A stretch of 64,000 nucleotides of DNA from the human T2T-CHM13v2.0 reference genome, Homo sapiens, in NCBI RefSeq assembly GCF_009914755.1, contig NC_060925.1; one strand, 5' to 3'. Below, one piece after another: positions 1 to 20,660 of the stretch (position 1 is its first letter; each line of letters begins with the position of its first letter). A model generated the notes under the pieces. It did not search any database. It had not been told where the DNA came from and saw only the letters and a list, made by a program, of their open reading frames with translations. Both the position numbers and the translations under genes were made by a program.

Positions 1-59
1 AACCACTGTAATTATTTCACCATCATCATTTCCTCATTTTCCTTACATTTTTACTATTT

Positions 60-410
60 AGCTTTGAATCCCTCTGAAAGAATGACTGGCTTTTATATGT
101 ACTCATACAAAGCCACAATACATCATACAACATGTAATTATAACATACACTTTTTTGTTTCTGGCTTCTTTTGCTTAACATCATATGTTAGAATTCCTCT
201 GTGCTGTTGTGCAGCTGTTGTTCCTTCATTTCTTGAATCCATGTAGCATTTCATAGTATATCTATAGAATTATATATTTATTCATTATATTTTTGGAAGA
301 TATGTTTTATGTTACTTGTCTATTAAAGACAGTGATGCTATAAACATTCTTGGATATCAGTAGTGAAAACTTCTCCTAGATTACACAATGCTGAGCTGCA
401 AGTTTTTGAG
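60..410 (-). mobile_element. Old L1M (L1ME-like) 3' fragment
   Basis: Degenerate antisense L1M 3' motifs (tctggcttcttttgcttaacatcat..., gctataaacattcttg). Confidence 0.5.
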
Positions 411-419
411 AACACTGAC

Positions 420-530
420 TGTATCAGTCAGAGTTTGCCACAGAAACAACCAATAGAAAGGAAGTATGTCTGTGCGCATATATATGTATACGTACATTTT
501 GTATATTATATCCATTATATATATACACAT

Positions 531-585
<55 letters not shown>

Positions 586-952
586 TTGTTTTAAAGAATT
601 CTCTCATATAGCTGTAGAAGCTGACAAGTCCAAAAGTCCGAAATCAGCAGGGTGGGCTGGGAGACTAGAGACCCAGGGTAAAGTTGATTTTACAGCTGGT
701 GTCTGAAGGCAGTCCAGGGTTAGAATTCTCTCTTCCTCAGGAGACCACAATCTTTTTTTCAGTTAAGATCGTCTACTGATTAAATGAGCCCCACCCACAT
801 TATGGAGGGTAATCTACTTTACTCAATGTCTACAGATTTAAATGTTACTCTCGTCTAGTAAGTATTCTGCATAGCAACATCTACACTGGTATTTGACCAA
901 AAATCTGAGTAGCATAGCCTAGTCAAGTTGGCAGATAAAATCAACCTTCACA
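420..952 (-). mobile_element. MLT2-family (ERVL) solo LTR with internal microsatellite
   Basis: Begins tgtatcagtcagag... (reverse complement of the MLT2 end CTGACTAATACA) and ends ...gtcaagttggcagataaaatcaaccttcaca (reverse complement of the MLT2 start TGTGATGGTTAATTTTATGTGTCAACTTGAC). Confidence 0.85.
476..585. repeat. Compound (TA)n(CA)n(GA)n microsatellite
   Basis: Directly visible; lies in the microsatellite-prone region of MLT2. Confidence 0.95.
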
Positions 953-1544
953 TTGGTTTAGTTCCAGTTCACCAGTATGCATGATGGGTGTGTCTACCTC
1001 ATCTCAGCTTAAAGGTTTTTTAAGATACCAAGCCTTGGGTGTCCCTGTACTGTATTTTTTGTCACCTCAACTCTTTGATAAAATTTCAGATCATGGTTAT
1101 ACTATAAATTGTCTTTTATTTAGATAGAACCACATGCAGAACATTAATAAGCCTTTTTTTCTTAAATCATGAGAGCAAAAACTGTAGAAAAGTCTTGCTT
1201 TTGTTGCTGTTGATAATATTGTTTGTATTTGTTTTCATCATAGACCTTGAAAAATTTTGCTATTTGAAACTATATGAAAACTATACTGTGGGGAAAACCA
1301 GTCTGGAATTAGGACAGATTACAATGTTGAAGCATTCCTACTTAGAATCAACTTCTGCTAGAGCCAGTTGAATCCTATGAACTGAGTGTAATGCTCACGA
1401 ACTGTTGAGAAATATTGTTGGTTCAAATCTAGGACTCTTGCCCAGCAAGTTTTCTGAGTTCAGGTTTTATTTTTGAATTGGCCTTATAATCTTATCAATA
1501 CCAGTCTGTCTCTCAAAAGAAAAAAAAAAAGCAGCCTTTCAGTC

Positions 1545-6255
<4,711 letters not shown>

Positions 6256-8452
6256 TTCATACCCCTCTTTAATAGTATTTAAATTATAAATTTATTTTTT
6301 TCTAGTATGCTCAACCCAGGCTTTCATCTCTCTATCTGAGACTGTTACTTCAGCTGAGCTTGTTCATTATCATTATATAATACAATGTAAGTGATGTCTA
6401 CAAAGGAAACATAACAATTAAAGGATGAAAATTTTGTTTGTGTGCACTTAATCACAGAACTCTGACTAAGGATTTAAAAACACCCAGGCTGTCTATCAAT
6501 CTATGTATTTTTATGTTTCTGTCACCACTGATGATTGTCTGTGTCGATCAGAAAAACTTTGTGGCAATATACGTAAATTGTGAAGATGGCCACCTTTAGT
6601 GGAAAGACCTCATGGTTAGAAATTAATGAAAAGTAAAATTTTTCATGAATGTAGTTGAAGTTTAAACTAGCAATTTTAGGTTAAATAATAGTCAAAACTG
6701 GAAAGAAAGTTGAAATAAATAGCACGAGACCTCAATTCTTGTCAAGTTTTAGCCAGTAAATGGTAAAAAACCAAAGACAAATCTGTTTCTTTGGATTCTA
6801 TTTTAGCTCTTGCAAGATAAAGGGATGGAAATAATATGTAATCTCTAAGGCTCCTTTCTGAATAATTGGATGGAATATGTATATTTAGTGGTTTAATTGT
6901 ATGAAATACTGCTTCTTGATCATGGGACATCTCAGTCCTTATCATAAGAGGAGATTTAATTTTGTGTACTCAGTGCTTACTCTCCATCTCTCAATTCCTC
7001 TGGATATGATTGGATGAGCTAGCCCAACAATTGGTTCAGTTTTCTTGTTATTATTATTATTGATAAAATAAGATATAATTAAGCATGACACCTAAATTCA
7101 GTTTTTTTTTTTCCTAGAGATTATGGGTGAAATGTATTTGGACCACAAGTTAGGGATTTGCACTCATGGATAAATAATAACAAAGTATCAAACTAAATAT
7201 AAAAGATTAATTAGAATGTTTAGATGTAATTTTGGTAGAAAAGTAAATATTTTTATTGTATACTGGTACATATTATTTCCTGGCATTAGCATACAAATGC
7301 TTCTGCAGGTGTGCATGCACACACACACGTACACACCGCCCCACACATTTTTACATGTATTAAAATATATTTAAGACACTGGCATTAGGTTTAAAAAATA
7401 CTTGAATGGAACATGTTCCAGTATTCTATAACTGGGACAAGTCTGCAGTCTAAAGAATATTTGCCCAGCCCCTACAATTTCTACATGAGGCATGTAAATG
7501 GTTAGGTCTTAGAACAAACAAAATTATGCTCTTTTGCAATCATTGTAATCTAGGAGTTGCATTTACATGGATCTGTCAGTTTTAATTGGATTTATAAGGT
7601 AAGGTTTATCTGTGATCATTTATGGGTGATCTAATTTTCCATTACTCAAAGAGCAAATCCAGATGCTATCAGAAACTCTTAATGATTTTATTCCTGTCTC
7701 CTCTGAGAAAGGAGAGAAGGATTGTGGCGAGACAATAGCAAATTTTAAATATTTTTATTAGCTTATTTTTTCCAAATGTTTTTTTCTGTTGGCCATATCA
7801 ACATTCAGAAACTAACTTCGGCATTCCCAAATGACTCACTTATCTTGATTATTCATGTATAATGGTGGTGTTATTTTTCAGTGTGGGATCAAATGGCTTT
7901 TCAAAAGTGAACTCAGCTTATTTCATTATGACCGATTTTCTGATGTTCCATACAATTTTCACTGTAGAATGAAAGCAGCAGCATGAAAGTAATAACGGAT
8001 TAATATTTAATATAATAATTTCTCAAATGATTGTTATTTATATTTATTATGATTCCACCTCAAACATGAATTTATTTCAAAAATAGTTTGTTCTAGAGGA
8101 TTCAGGATTTTTCTAAATTATCTTGTGACCTGGGACACACTGTCAAGTTTTAGAAGAGATTAAGAGAACTAAATACATACGCCAAGTCACGATTTAAGGC
8201 AAAACAGATAAAATGTGTAAAAAAAAAAAATCAGATCCGCCCCAAACATTCACTGAGAACTTATGTGCCAAAAAATTATTTTATTAACTCATTTTATGTA
8301 ATAGTATTTATTTGTATATTACATTTTATTTTGGAAAATAGAGGTAACATGTTTATTTAAATATATTTACCTGTAATTACATAACTCTAATGTAAAGGAT
8401 TATATTATAAAGCAGTTTAATCAACTTTTTTGTTTTAACAATATTCTAAGCC

Positions 8453-8814
8453 TGTGTTAGTTTATTCTCACTCTGCTGATAAAGACATACCCCTGGGCAA
8501 TTTACAAAAGAAAGAGGTTTAATTGGACTTAGTTCCATGTTGCTGGGAAAGCCTCACAATAGTGGTGGAAGGCAAGGAGAAGCAAGTCACATCTTACTTG
8601 GATGGTAACGGGGCAAAAAGAGAGCTTGTTAGCGCAACTCCCATGTTTTAAAACCATCAGATCTTGTGAGACCCATTTACTATCACAAAAAGAGCACGGG
8701 AAAGACCTGCCCCCATAACTCAATCATCTCCCACTGGGTTCCTCCCACAACATGTGGGAATTACAGGAGCTACAAGATGAGATTTGGGTGGGAACACAGA
8801 GCCAAACCATATCA
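8453..8814 (-). mobile_element. THE1A-like solo LTR (MaLR)
   Basis: tgtgttagt...gccaaaccatatca with TG..CA ends; 5-bp TSD aagcc/aaacc. Confidence 0.92.
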
Positions 8815-9269
8815 AAACCCTATTATTTTTCCCTTTTTCTAGCTAAGGATAATACCTTCATCATTATTTGATTTTTCATCAGTAAGACCCTTACTATATC
8901 TCAAAATTAGTATTCTAAGTATTGTTTAAAACTGTTTTTATTGAGTGTATGTTAAGCCCTGAGTCTGTTTTTTTCTTCAGAAAAATAAGTACTTAATAAA
9001 GCCCTGTTTGTTCTTTGCCATTTGTAGGCTAAAATTAATTGAAATTTTTTTAACTATATAACTGCACTGGTCTTAACAGTTCTTCTTGCTTACCTACCAC
9101 TTAGTCTTCCAGTGTAATATTTTCAGACCACAATATTTTCATGTTTCCCCTCTAAAACTTTTCTATGGCTTCATATTATACTGTGAAGAATACCCCAAAT
9201 CCTTAACATAGTTTGTTGACTACAGGATCTGGTTTCTCTCCTACTTAGCAACCTCTTCATAGTGGTTCA

Positions 9270-9643
9270 TGTGTTAGTTTGCTAACACTGCTGTAACAAA
9301 GTACTACAGACTAGGGATTTAAACAACAGAAATTTATTTTTTCATAATTTTGTCAGCTGGAAGTCCAAGATCAATGTGCTTACAGGTTTGGTTTCTCCTG
9401 AGGCCTCTTCCTTCGGCTTTCAGATGGCCACTTTCTCACTGTGTCTGCACATGGTCTTTCCTCTGTGAAGGTATCCCTGGTTTCTTTTTTGCTCTTATAA
9501 GGACACCTGTTATATTGAATTGGATACCTACTTTTATGATTCAGTTTAACCTTATCTCTTTATTGTTCCTATCTGCAAATACAGTCACTTTGCCGGTGAG
9601 GGGTTCAACATAGAAATTTGGGGTAGACAAAATATAGTTAACA
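9270..9643 (-). mobile_element. MLT1A-like solo LTR (MaLR)
   Basis: tgtgttagtttgctaacactgctgtaacaaagtactacagact...ctggaagtccaagatcaa...cttataaggacacc. Confidence 0.85.
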
Positions 9644-9679
9644 CTAGTCCATCCTCCATGAAATCTCTGTTTTTGCTTG

Positions 9680-9760
9680 CTGTTTTATCCCCAGGGTCTG
9701 TCATCATACCTACATATAGCAGAAGCTCAAGAAATATTTGTTGAAAGAATTAAAGAATTA
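9680..9760 (+). mobile_element. L2 3' end fragment
   Basis: ...acatatagcagaagctcaagaaatatttgttgaaagaat resembles the L2 terminus. Confidence 0.6.
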
Positions 9761-10066
<306 letters not shown>

Positions 10067-10630
10067 AGTCAACCCAAATATTCGTCATGTAATATGCATG
10101 CTTAAGCACTCTACAAGACTTCAGAAATAGAGATTAATAAGATAAGGAACCTATTTTCACGGAGCTAAAATAGGCACACACATACAGACACACTCATACC
10201 CCTAAATAAAATAGTATATAAAGTTATACTCTTTAGTTCTTTGGTTCAGATTTTTTTACCTTTAAGATGGTGATATGTTTATATTTAGAGGAGGTGCCCC
10301 ATACATACAAAGAATTGAACATAAACAGTGACTGCCCATTGAGAATAATTCTGTAAAGACTACACTCCCACTCCAGTTTCTATGCAGTATGCCTTTGGCA
10401 GCTGTTCCAGTTTTGACCCAGGCTGACTTAGAAAGTGTAACTGCCTCATTCATTCTTGTCTTTTTGTAGGAGTTTACTGCAATGGTGACAGAAATGAAGT
10501 GCTATGGCACACAGAGGAATTTGCAATTAACAGTCTTCACATTAGAGAAAACATTTGAGCTCTGTGTTAAAGAATATGTAGAATATATCAGTAAGAAGAG
10601 CATAAGGAGGTCTTCTAAAAAGAAGAAACA

Positions 10631-10954
<324 letters not shown>

Positions 10955-11594
10955 CTAGGAATATGAGCCTTTCTAGGCAGCTTTGTTAGGCTTGACTACA
11001 TAATGAGTGCTGAAATAAGTGATACACACTAATGCACAAAAAAATTAGTTTGGGAAAGATTGGGAAAATTCATAAATGTTTTCTGAATAAATTGTAACTT
11101 ACATATTGTAAGTCTGGGAATATCATGATCACCTTTGTGTTTTAGAAATGTAATATGGCCACAATATGAAAGACAGACTAGAATGAAAGGAATGGTGGAA
11201 AAGGAAATGAGGGGATTGATGCAGTTAATCCGTATTTTTAACTGAAAAGAGCTATATGGTAGTTTTGTACATAGGTTATAGTATATAGCCTTGAATATTC
11301 TAACTGAAACCATAAACTGATTCCTGTATTTATAAGCTGCCATTATGTGATATGATAACGTTTACTGGCCAATATTTTCATTAAAACTATTTGGTAGTGC
11401 TAGCCAAAGACAGTCAACAAATACTAGTCTAGAAAGATATTTCTCTTTGGATAAATATGTGAGGGAGACAATATAAAACAAAAGTTCACATGGAACATAC
11501 ATTAATAAAATACTGCAGAAGCAAAAAAAAGTGAATCATTCAAAAATGAAAAGGGTACAAGACAAAAATAAAAGTTAAAGAAAAACCAAATGAC

Positions 11595-12078
11595 TGAGAG
11601 ATTATCTCAGTGGATTTGACTTAATCTCTTGAACCACTTTCTAAAAAGAGTTTTATTTGGCTAGTTGCAGAAAAGAAAATCAGAGTTTCAAAGCTTTAAG
11701 GGGATTCAATGTGCCACTGATGACTTGTAGATGGAGGGGTACATATGAAAAGGGCTTCAGAGTGGCCTCCAGGAGTTAGGAGCAACCACCAGTCAACAGC
11801 CAGCCAGAAACAGAGGTCTTGGTCATCTAAGCACAAGAAATTGTATTCTGCCAACAAGAAGATTTAGCTGACCATGAGAATGATTTTTTTCCTAGAGCTT
11901 CCAGATGAGGACTCAGTCATCAGACACCCAGATTATAGCCCTGTGGTACCCTAGTTAAAGAACTAAGCTATTCCATGTCAGAGTTTTGACCAACAGTACT
12001 GTAGGCTAATAAATAGGTGTGACTGTAGGCTGTTAAGTTTGTGTCCATTTGCTATGAAGCAATAGAAAACAGGCAACA
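11595..12078 (+). mobile_element. MLT1E-like LTR
   Basis: cagccagccagaaacagagg..., ctagagcttccagatgag..., taagtttgtgtccatttgctatgaagcaatagaaaac. Confidence 0.75.
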
Positions 12079-12934
12079 TGCTCTGTTTTTTCTACTCTTG
12101 CATCACCTTGGTCTTTCTGTTCTCCTCCATTCATTAATAAATTGCTTCTGGTTCCTCTAGGTACTAGGCTGTGGGTAGGGGAAGGTAGGAAAGTTGAGAA
12201 GAAAGTTGGGGTGTTTTTAAAATGACTTAAGTTCAGCTGTCTTCCGAGTTCATGGGAAAATAAGCCATTCTTTTTCTGCCAAACGGTGGTATTAAGGCTT
12301 GCAGGATGAAATATTTTGCTTCTGACTTCTCCAGCTGAGAAGCAGGCATAATTTTCTGTGATTATTAATATTGCAAACTCTAGAAAATGCAAGCTAGCCT
12401 TCCCAGAAGTTTTCTCACTGTTCTACACTCCAATTGCCCTAAGGGAAATAGAGGGTGAAGACTGTCTTTCCTTCTCAGAGGCACTCCCAATTTCTATGTG
12501 TGATTCTCTTGGGTCACCCTCATGTCACCAGGGAATGAAATATTCCCCATCTTACTCCATGCAGAAAGGAGGAGAAAAGCCAGGACATGTTCTGTATTCC
12601 TATGTATTCCCATTAACCACTAGCTTTCTCTTACATATGTTCATTAGGGGATGAACAAGAATATTGGAAAGATTGGTAAAATCTTGTAGGGACATTTCTA
12701 GATGATTTCTATGATTGTTTGGGATATTTGCAATCTGTCCTTAGTTTTGATTCCTCTGTGAATTGAGGTAAAATTCCCATTTAAAATCCTGTTGCAAATT
12801 CTACTTTGCGAAAGTAAAAACCACCACCCTGTGCTCTATGAAAGTTCCTTTCTTGCCTACTGATAATAGTTTGGTTCTCTTGAGTTAAAATATAGCTTTA
12901 TTTTCAGATATTTAAAATATCTGCTTTTTATTTT

Positions 12935-13455
12935 CTAAAAATCACTCTAACTACTTGGTGGAGAGTAGAATGCAGGAGGATGAAATTGGACCCTGCAATA
13001 CAGATACTCTTGAGGTAATCTAGACCTTCCATTAAATGGGTGATCCATGGAATGGCAGGATCAATGTCATCTGGAAGCCTGTAAGAAAAGATGAGTCTCT
13101 GGTCTTTCTTCAGACCTACTAAAGTAGAATGTACACTTTAACAAGATCCCCAGGTAATTTGTATGCTTACTAGAAATTGTGAAGGACTTCTCTAGGTGAG
13201 ATTTGATGCTTGCTTATCTAGGGTGATGTGTGTGGAAATGGGGATAAGGGAATGGATACAAGATATATTTTTGAGATACAAATGACAGAATTTTAGGATG
13301 ACTTGATGTCAGAAATAAGGAAAAGGAAGAAATCCAGCATGATAAGTTAGGTTTCTAGCTTGAGTAACATAGTGGTGGTTTATGAAGTTTGGGAGAGGAA
13401 TATGCTTGATACAAAAAAAAAAAAAAAGCAACAAAGGTTCCAATTTGACCACATA
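12935..13455 (-). mobile_element. L2 fragment interrupted by MER5
   Basis: Purine-rich antisense L2 motifs (aaatcactctaactact..., ggtttctagcttgagtaac). Confidence 0.6.
13026..13189. mobile_element. MER5-family hAT DNA transposon (MITE)
   Basis: cagacctactaaagtagaat...taacaagatccccaggtaattt; flanked by TCTAG-centred 8-bp target sites (atctagac/ctctaggt). Confidence 0.75.
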
Positions 13456-13467
13456 ATTATCAGGAGA

Positions 13468-13899
<432 letters not shown>

Positions 13900-14904
13900 G
13901 AGAATATTTTAATAGTTATAATCCAGAGTCGTGCTTGCCTCTTATTCCTATTGTCCCTTTTCTGTTTCTACTCCATTCTAACTCCTTAGTTGAAAAACTA
14001 TAATCAGTCTAGTCAGTAGCAATCTAGAGTAGATAATTTCTGTGGTTTTAAAAGGACAGAAATTACAAGGGCCCTTTCCCTGAAAATGTCTGCTTCTTTT
14101 ATTTTCTTCTTATTGCCAATTCTATCCTGATAGTCAAAATTTAGTTAATATTAAATCTTTCTTCAATTGATTTTTCTACCTATTGTGAAATACAATTATC
14201 ACCAAAATATGATAAAACTGTTTCAGATCCTCAATTAAGTATTAGAATTTTAAAAGAAAAATAACCAATAGCTTATTCAGAAAAAGAAAAGAAAAACAAA
14301 AAAATGCAAAAAAACCTCTTCTGTGTCTAACAATATTTTGCACAGCTTTCAAAATCAATGGTAATAATACAAAATCAGGCGTATTTTTGAAAGGGTTAGT
14401 AGGTAATTTGTGAATACCCATTGGTGGATGTGAGTAATCATCTTTTATTGGAATATATTAGACTGTACATCTTTTTAATTGCTATGTGTTTTCTGGCTTC
14501 CTGGTCAACAAAGAAGAGACACTAATCTGACATCTAAAGAACACAATACTTCATCATTGCCAGGGCAACGTCATTGGGAGTAAATCCCGAGGCAGAGCAT
14601 CATAAGGATGTTGTAATTTTCATGGTGGTTATGGGGCAATTAAAGAAATGATTTTCTAAGGTGGGCCACAAGAAAACTGCTATTACATACTCTTTTTGAT
14701 GTACACTATTTTATTAATACTCTGTATTTAGTGAGATTTTCTCTATGGGGCTTTTCCCCCCTTGTTTTTAGCTGCATGAAAAATAAATAACATGGGTGGG
14801 AAAATTTTCTCAAACAAAATGGCCATAGTTTTTTTTTAATTTAAAAATAATCCCTAATAAAAATAAATTTTAGGCCTAGTGCTAAATACTGAAGTATCCA
14901 GCAT

Positions 14905-15040
14905 TTATATTTCAATTTAAAGATGAGGAAATAAAGGTAAAAAGGGGCTAAATAACTCACTCAAATTCAGTCCATAAGTAAGTAGTATAGGTGGAATTTA
15001 AACACAAGTAGTAGGGCTCCTAAATCGTATTCTTAACCTT
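14905..15040 (-). mobile_element. MIR
   Basis: Core motif aatttaaagatgaggaaataaagg...aaataactcactcaa. Confidence 0.7.
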
Positions 15041-17944
15041 ATGTTAAAGATACTGGAACTGTATAGGGAGGAAAAAACACACACACCCCGTTCTCCCCAC
15101 CAACAACAAAGAAGGAGAAGGTATTATGTTATTTCACTGATGTCACAAAAATTTGTTCTCTCTTTTCAAATTGTAAAGAGTGATTTTTATATCACATTGG
15201 ATAAATTTCCATGATTATATGTCTATCAATCTCTCTCCTTTGCAAGAAACATGTAAACACATGGAGTTGCATGCTTTGAATTATATAGGCTGACTCTGAG
15301 TGTACTGCCTATGAGTTAGCTCTGCTCCATAAGGAGTAGTAATAAAAATAAATAAATAAGTAAGATAACTGAGCATCTTTGATCATGATTTAATAATTGC
15401 AAATAATACTTATAGCCATTTCCCTGGAATTTTATCTCTTGATTAGAGATAATAAAAATCTTCACAATTATCTTTATTGAATAATTTTTACTAGGATAAT
15501 TTGCTGGTGTTGGGATAGCATTAGGAAGACATAGTAATCTTTAATAGAGTTTATGACAATTTTTATTTTTTCTAATTAACATTTTGTTTACTAGAATTCC
15601 AAAAGGCACAAAGTACAGCTGGCTTATTGATATTAGACAAATCTATTTCCCCAAATATTTACTAAACCTGAGTGCTGGTTTTCTCCTCCAATCGCTTTCT
15701 AAATATGTTGTGCTTCTAAATAGGGTCTCTATTAGCCCTTTCACTGGGCAAATTCTTTACTCTGCATAGCTCTCATACATATTTCAGGGCATTTAGTGTC
15801 TGTGTCCCCTGGTCATTGCAAGCCGGTGATAACCAAAACTTCCCCTACATTTCCAAATCACCCTGATTGAGAACAATGGAAAAAATTAGGGGAAAACAAT
15901 AAGTAAACATTCCTACCACGTATTTGTCCTCTCCTCTCCTTCTCTTGATGCACAACAGACCAATTTTATCACCCAATAGGAGGCACTTAAAAAAGGAGAG
16001 TTTCATTAGGTATGGTATAATGGGGAAAACAATGAAGGAAAGCAAGTGATACAACCTCCTCTCAGGAAAATCACTCATCATCCAGACATTCTCCCTCGTG
16101 ACGGGTGTGGCTAGAAAGGAGCAGCTCATTAATGGCCATTTTTGGGACATGACTTGATGGCTAATGTTCTATTCCAGCAGTTTGTTTTTACAATTGAATG
16201 TCATAGAAAAGGTGTACTGTCTTAGAGTCTTATCCAAATAAACAAGTTGTACAACTCTATCACTGCTTCTTGCCAAGGCTTCAGTCCTATCATAGTCCTC
16301 TTAGCATGTTTCTTTGTGTCACATTTCTTGTGTCCATCACAGCTATGTCTGGTGGTCACAGCTAACTCTACCCTAGGATTTGGAAGCTCTTTCTTGTTAA
16401 TTGATTTTCTTCACCATAATTAGAGCATAGCAATACTTAGGAATGTAAATATTTATATTTGCACTCTGAGGAGTATAAAATTATCTCTAATTCAATGTCT
16501 ATTTAAAACCCAAACCTCAAAACATTCTGTACATTAGCTAATCTAATCTGATCTTAAACTTAATGTAATTCACAATTTGACATTCCTTAATGTGAAATCA
16601 TCACGTATAGAGCATTTAATGCAATTATTGTCTGCATAGTTCATATTAATAATAGGACAAGTTTGTGAAATGTTTATTATATTTAATAGTTATTGGAAGT
16701 TACTTAAGTTTTCATATATTACAAGTTCTTAGAAATCAGGAACTTTGCTTTATTCCTCCTTGGATGAATAAAGCCCTGGAGCAAGGCTGGGAAGAGAGGA
16801 TGCTCCAAACAAATTTTTCATTTGCAATATTTGTATTTCCCGTCAGTTTTCAGACATAATATGCAAGAACAATCTTCTGTGAAATCACTTCACTCCTTTG
16901 CACTGATCTGAAGCCAATTATTAAGACATCTGTGCTCAATGTCAATAAGATGTACAGCATTGTGATTTACCAGCTAACTTCATTACTGGCTTTGGCACTG
17001 TCAGTTTTTTAACAAACTGCTAACGGATAAAGTAATAAGAGTACTAGAAAACATATTGCCTGTAGGAGCTGTTGTTATTGAGGGCAAAAGGGTAGAGAGT
17101 GTATACATTTCTCAGAAATATGAATAATTAAAGATTCCTTTAAATTAGAGTCACCTTGCAGCTGAAGCCACATCTTACAAGAAACAAAAAGTTTTGCTAT
17201 GGCTTCTATTTGATAGCTTTGTTATGCAACTGTATCATAAGTACTATGCCAATTTAAGTGTTTAAAATGTATTTATTGTGATGAGTTGACATGTGGTCAT
17301 TTTTCAATTACATTAATTCATTTATATTACTGATAATGATAATGACAACAAAACTTCATCTTTTATGTCTAAATCAACTAAATATCTAACTACTTTAGAA
17401 AGTGCTTACTTAAAAACCAGTATCATTAGTTTGCATGAGAGTACTTTTTTGTTAATATTGCCTCATTATTTTAATTTTTAAAGAATGAAAACAATTTCCT
17501 GAATATTGAGTAAATAAAATGAAATTTATATTACTGTCTACTAGCACTTGCTGCTTAAGCAAAATTATGAACACATTAGAAAGGCCAAAAGGCACTGGTT
17601 GTCATTATGAAAGCATATGCTTTGGCTCTAAGGTATACTAAAAAATAGTTCCTTTTCTTGGGCCTTTTTCTTTGGCTTATGTGTTCTATTTTTATCTATT
17701 TCCACATATCAAAACTACCCTTTCAGGTGTTATATCTGCTCAGAGTCCTTCTCCCTTAGCAGACTAATGTAATAAACATTTGCATTATTTAAGAGTTTCA
17801 CATGTAAATCCATTATCCCATTTCAGAAACCATATTTACTCTATCAGAAAGGCTTATTAGAAGTCTAACTATTTGCTCTCACTTTCCTGGGACACTAAAG
17901 TAGATTTTAGGAAACACTAAGGTCTTGGCATGCTCAATTCCTCT

Positions 17945-18500
17945 TATGATGGAAGTGACCAGGTCAGGGTCCCTTCCACAAGTGGCCAGGCTTTCTGTCA
18001 TCTGATTGGGCTACCATGGCATGATGTATTGTACTGGGGATATGCACCATAGCAAAGACATTTCTATGCTAGCTTGAAACAAGATCATTGCCCAATAGTG
18101 TTGTCTCAAACTAGAGAATTACCTACTGATCCATTTAGATTGTATCTCCTGGGGAGATTGAATATGAAGCAGAGAGAAAAAGAGGAAATCATAGTAGAAG
18201 ATAGTAGATGGGAATACGGTAGGCATAGAGGCCAAAAAGTGTAAAGGAGAAGAGTGACTTATTGTGTTATAGAGTCCCTAGATAGGGTGCATTAGATGCT
18301 CTCTGTTGAGGGAAAGACAAGCTGAGAAGTTCAACCGGCTGATATTCGTGCTGCAGAGCCACTGCTGCATCCTGAATGGCAAAGTGTACTTATCAAATTT
18401 TTCTGCTGAAACACTTTCTCAAATTCCCTCTTTCATGTAGCTTTACAAGTAAAACTTCCTTATATGAGGTAACCTCTACATCTCTATTCTACTATAATCT
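17945..18500 (+). mobile_element. Possible very old ERVL-type LTR
   Basis: Composition shift and an LTR-like 3' end (aaaacttccttatatgaggtaacc); family not recognised with certainty. Confidence 0.3.
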
Positions 18501-18728
18501 GTAAAATCTAAACTAATGAAATTTCTCCACGTGCTCCTTTCACCATTGCACAAGATTTTATAGCATTATTCTTGCAAATGCAGGTGATTTCATGCAGAGC
18601 TCAGTGGAGTCTCTCTAGATAACTCTGGTTGCCACTACTCATTTCATCTATATCACAGGTACCCTCTAATTTGTAGTTCCAAAGTCCTGGTACTTTGGAT
18701 TGAGAATTGTGTTTGTTTTAACTCAGTC

Positions 18729-19320
18729 TTTTTTCTTTCTTTATTTCTTTTATTATACTTTAAGTTTGGGATACATGTGCAGAACATGCAGGTTTGTTAC
18801 ATAGTTGTACATGTGCATGGTGCTTTGCTGCACCCATCAACCCATTATCTAGATTTTAAGCCCTGCATGCATTAGGTATTTGTCCAAAGCTCTGCCTCCC
18901 CTTGCCCCCCTCCCCCCGACAGGCCCCGGTGTGTGATGTTCCCCTCCCTGTGTCCATGTGTTCTCATTGTTCAATTCCCAATTATGAGTGAGAACATGTG
19001 GTGTTTGCTTTTCTATTTCTGTGTTAGTTTGCTGAGAATGGTGGTTTCCAGCTTCATCCATGTGCCTGAAAAGGACATGAACTCATTCTTTTTTATTGCT
19101 TCATAATATTTCATGATGTATATGTGCCACATTTTCTTTATCCAGTCTATTATTGATGGACATTTGGGTTGGTTCCAAGTCTTTGCTATTGTGAATAGTG
19201 CTGCAATAAACATATGTGTGCATGGGTCTTTATAGTAGAATGATTTATAATCCTTTGGGTAAATACCCAGTAATGGGATTGCTGAGTCAAATGGTATCTC
19301 TGGTTCTAGATCCTTGAGGA
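18729..19320 (-). mobile_element. L1PA7/8-like 5'-truncated 3' end
   Basis: T-rich tail, tatactttaagtt..., ttttaagccctgcatgcattagg; ORF 19013-19213 is the ORF2 C-terminus (MFIAALFTIAKTWNQPKCPS). Confidence 0.92.
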
Positions 19321-20174
19321 ACTAGAACATGTAATTTCTAATTTAAATTATAATCTACAGAAGAACTATCCCAGCAGGATAATGGACTTTTCTAGGCCCA
19401 TTTTCACTATGTGTCGGGTGCCTTAAAATATATAGTTTCAAAGTCTTAGAGATTTTTATTGAGAATTTGTAAACTTCAAAATGCCAAGCTTCTTTATCTT
19501 ATATAAATATATATGTATAGAGAATATATAAATCTGGAATATGTTATACTTGTTTATAATGATGATCTTAAAACAATTCTGAAGTACATGGTGATGAATA
19601 TACTTAAAATAACTTGTGAATATATTTTACAAGTTTATTGAGGAATAAGTGGCATACAATAAAATGCATATATTTCAAGTATAAAATTTAATAATTTTTT
19701 ATACAGGCATATAACTATGAGTCCAGAACTACATCTAAAAAATGAACATACCTATCACTTCCAAATTTCCTTCTGCTGTACCATCTCTCTCTCCTTCTCC
19801 TCCCATCCCCAAGCATACACTAATCTGCTTTCTTGACACTACAGATTACTTAGAATTTTATCTAAATAAAATTTGTACATTTTGTCTATTTTCTTTTACT
19901 TGAAATAATTATATTAAGGTTTATCCATGTTGTATCAATAGTTCATTACATTTATTAATTTTTTATTACTTTTATTGCTGAGTAGTATTGCATTATATGA
20001 CTTGTTTATCCCCTCACTTGTTGGCATTTGGGTTGTTACCACTTCTTTTTAGTAAGCAGCTATTAACAGTCATATATGTCAATTGTAAGAACATATCTCT
20101 TATTTATCTTGAGCAACAGCTAGGAGAAGAATGAATGGGTCATATAGTAGTTACATGGTTTTCACATTTATTTA

Positions 20175-20660
<486 letters not shown>

